Position numbers and translations under genes: made by a program | Notes under the pieces: model-generated | Database searches by the model: none | What the model was told of the DNA's origin: nothing | Seen by the model: only the letters and a program-made list of their open reading frames with translations | Shown: positions 62,323 to 64,000 of the stretch, piece by piece | Position numbering within the stretch: position 1 is the stretch's first letter | Layout of the letters: every line of letters begins with the position of its first letter | Assembly (NCBI GenBank): GCA_052327205.1 | Contig: CM126210.1 | Span: forward strand, 139,934,001-139,998,000 | Reading direction: 5' to 3' | DNA length: 64,000 nucleotides | Source of the DNA: Somniosus microcephalus | Taxonomy: Eukaryota

Positions 62323-62440
62323 TTGTATCCTCACTATTACACCAGTAAGGAACAGATTCAGCCCTTCAACATTGCCAAGCAATATAAGTACACCTCCTGA
62401 CTCCCCAAAGCCTTTCCACCAACTACAAGGCACAAGTAAG

Positions 62441-64000
62441 TGTTACGTCCGTGTATAATAAGACGCAGACTGCAGGAGAACGGTAAAACAGGTGTTTACT
62501 CAACGTGGCTCAAACGGGAACTGCCTGTACAGATTACTACTCAGTGCTATATACAGGTGTGGTCACTGCCGGTACTACAGTATACATGAGCTGTAAAAAG
62601 TAGTTCCTCCCTTAAAGGGATATACATTACAATTCCTCCCCTTTTAGATTAACAGTACCATAACACTCATTTAACAATTAAATATCAAACTAATTACAAT
62701 TAACACTTTTAACATGCAACATTAGCTGAAAATCGTCTATTTATATATTCAGTCTTTGGGGAGGCTTCCTGATCCTTTCTGGATAGTGCCTTTCCCGAGT
62801 GTCTTGCTCTTGGTGCGGAGGCGATTCTGGCCCCCTGTCGTCGGTTGGTTCATCAGCTTCCGATGCTACTGTTTCTGGGGTAGATGTGACCTGTACATCG
62901 GGTTCATCACCAGGTACGTATGGGCGAGGCATGGGGTTGACTTGTTCCTGTGACTCTAGGATCTGGTCAGCATGGCGTCTCACGATGCTTTCCCCAACGT
63001 CCACTGTGTACATTAGTGGGCCCTGCCGTGTGCATATCGTTCCTGGCTGCCATTTTTCTGTTCGGTAGTCGCGGGCCATGACTGGTTGCCCTACATTGAA
63101 GCTCCTTGTTGGCTTCTCATGGATGTGCTGGAATTGCTTACTCTCAACATCTCTTCGTACGTTTGGTCTGAGCAAATCCAGGCGAGATCTTAACCTTCAG
63201 TTAAAGAACATCATGGCTGGGGCCTGGTTGGTAACTGCATGTGTCGCATTCTGGTAGGCGAACAGGAAATTGTCCAACTTGTGCTGCAGCGGAATGTTGT
63301 CATTGTACATAGCCTTTATTGCCTTCTTAAAGGTTTGTACGAACCTCTCAGCCAATCCATTTGTGGCTGGATGATACGGGGCGGATGTGTAATGCCTTGC
63401 CCCATTCTTTTTCAAGAACCTCCGGAACTCTTCGGACACAAACTGTGGTCCGTTGTCGGAGCAAACCTGTTCTGGCAAGCCATTCCTGGCAAAAATGGTC
63501 CGTAGGACTGCAATAGTTTTCTCCGTGGTGGTGGAGGACATTTTGATGACCTCAGGCCATTTCGAGTGCGCATCCACGGCTATTAAAAACATCGAGTCCA
63601 TGAATGGACCAGCAAAATCAATATGCACCCATTGCCATGGAGATGAGGGCCACTCCCATGGGTGTAGAGGGGCCTGTGGTGGTGCATTTTGGACTCTCTG
63701 GCATCCTGAGCAGCTCTTGGTCAGGTCCTCGATTTGTTTATCGATTCCCGGCCACCACACATAAGCCCTGGCTAGGCTTTTCATTTTTACCCCTCCCAGA
63801 TGACCCTCATGAAGCTCATTGAGCACTCTATCCCTTAACTTGGGTGGATTTCTGCCCGTGCAGATAGTGATTGAACTTTTTCACTCCCCACACTAGGCTG
63901 AGGGCCTCCCTGTCAATCTGGGCGTAGTTACGCTCGGCTGAGGTTAGTGATCGTGACGCAAAGGCTATTGGCCTCTCTGAGCCATCCGAGAATTTGTGCG
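62441..64000 (-). mobile_element. Gypsy A3 (same lineage as A1/A2), 3' part, inserted in a CR1/L2-group fragment
   Basis: 3' LTR at 62441-62631 with adjacent PPT complement attcctcccctttt; integrase ORFs 63197-63826 and 62741-63175; internal deletion at about 63848; continues beyond the window. Confidence 0.92.

Overview
Eukaryotic, repeat-dense genomic DNA. The repeat families (SacSINE1/Deu-like SINEs, shark-type CR1, Penelope, Harbinger, Rex1) point to a cartilaginous fish. The only host gene I recognise is the large terminal coding exon of MCM9 (2530-4066, +) with its 3'UTR. The rest is intronic or intergenic and filled with nested transposable elements, many with readable target-site duplications (TSDs). 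These include three related Gypsy elements (two show a tRNA-Ser-like PBS), a fourth unrelated Gypsy inside a Rex1 LINE that itself carries an inverted solo LTR, several Harbinger elements and MITEs, Penelope fragments with hammerhead-like motifs, and CR1/L2 LINEs. The most unusual signal is the Gypsy at 21701-26296. It has no tRNA primer-binding site; instead, the 13 nt at that position are the perfect complement of the poly(A)-signal region of its own LTR, in a geometry suited to self-priming. A second oddity is a three-LTR structure with duplicated host flank at 14815-15166. All family assignments come from motif recognition, not database searches.
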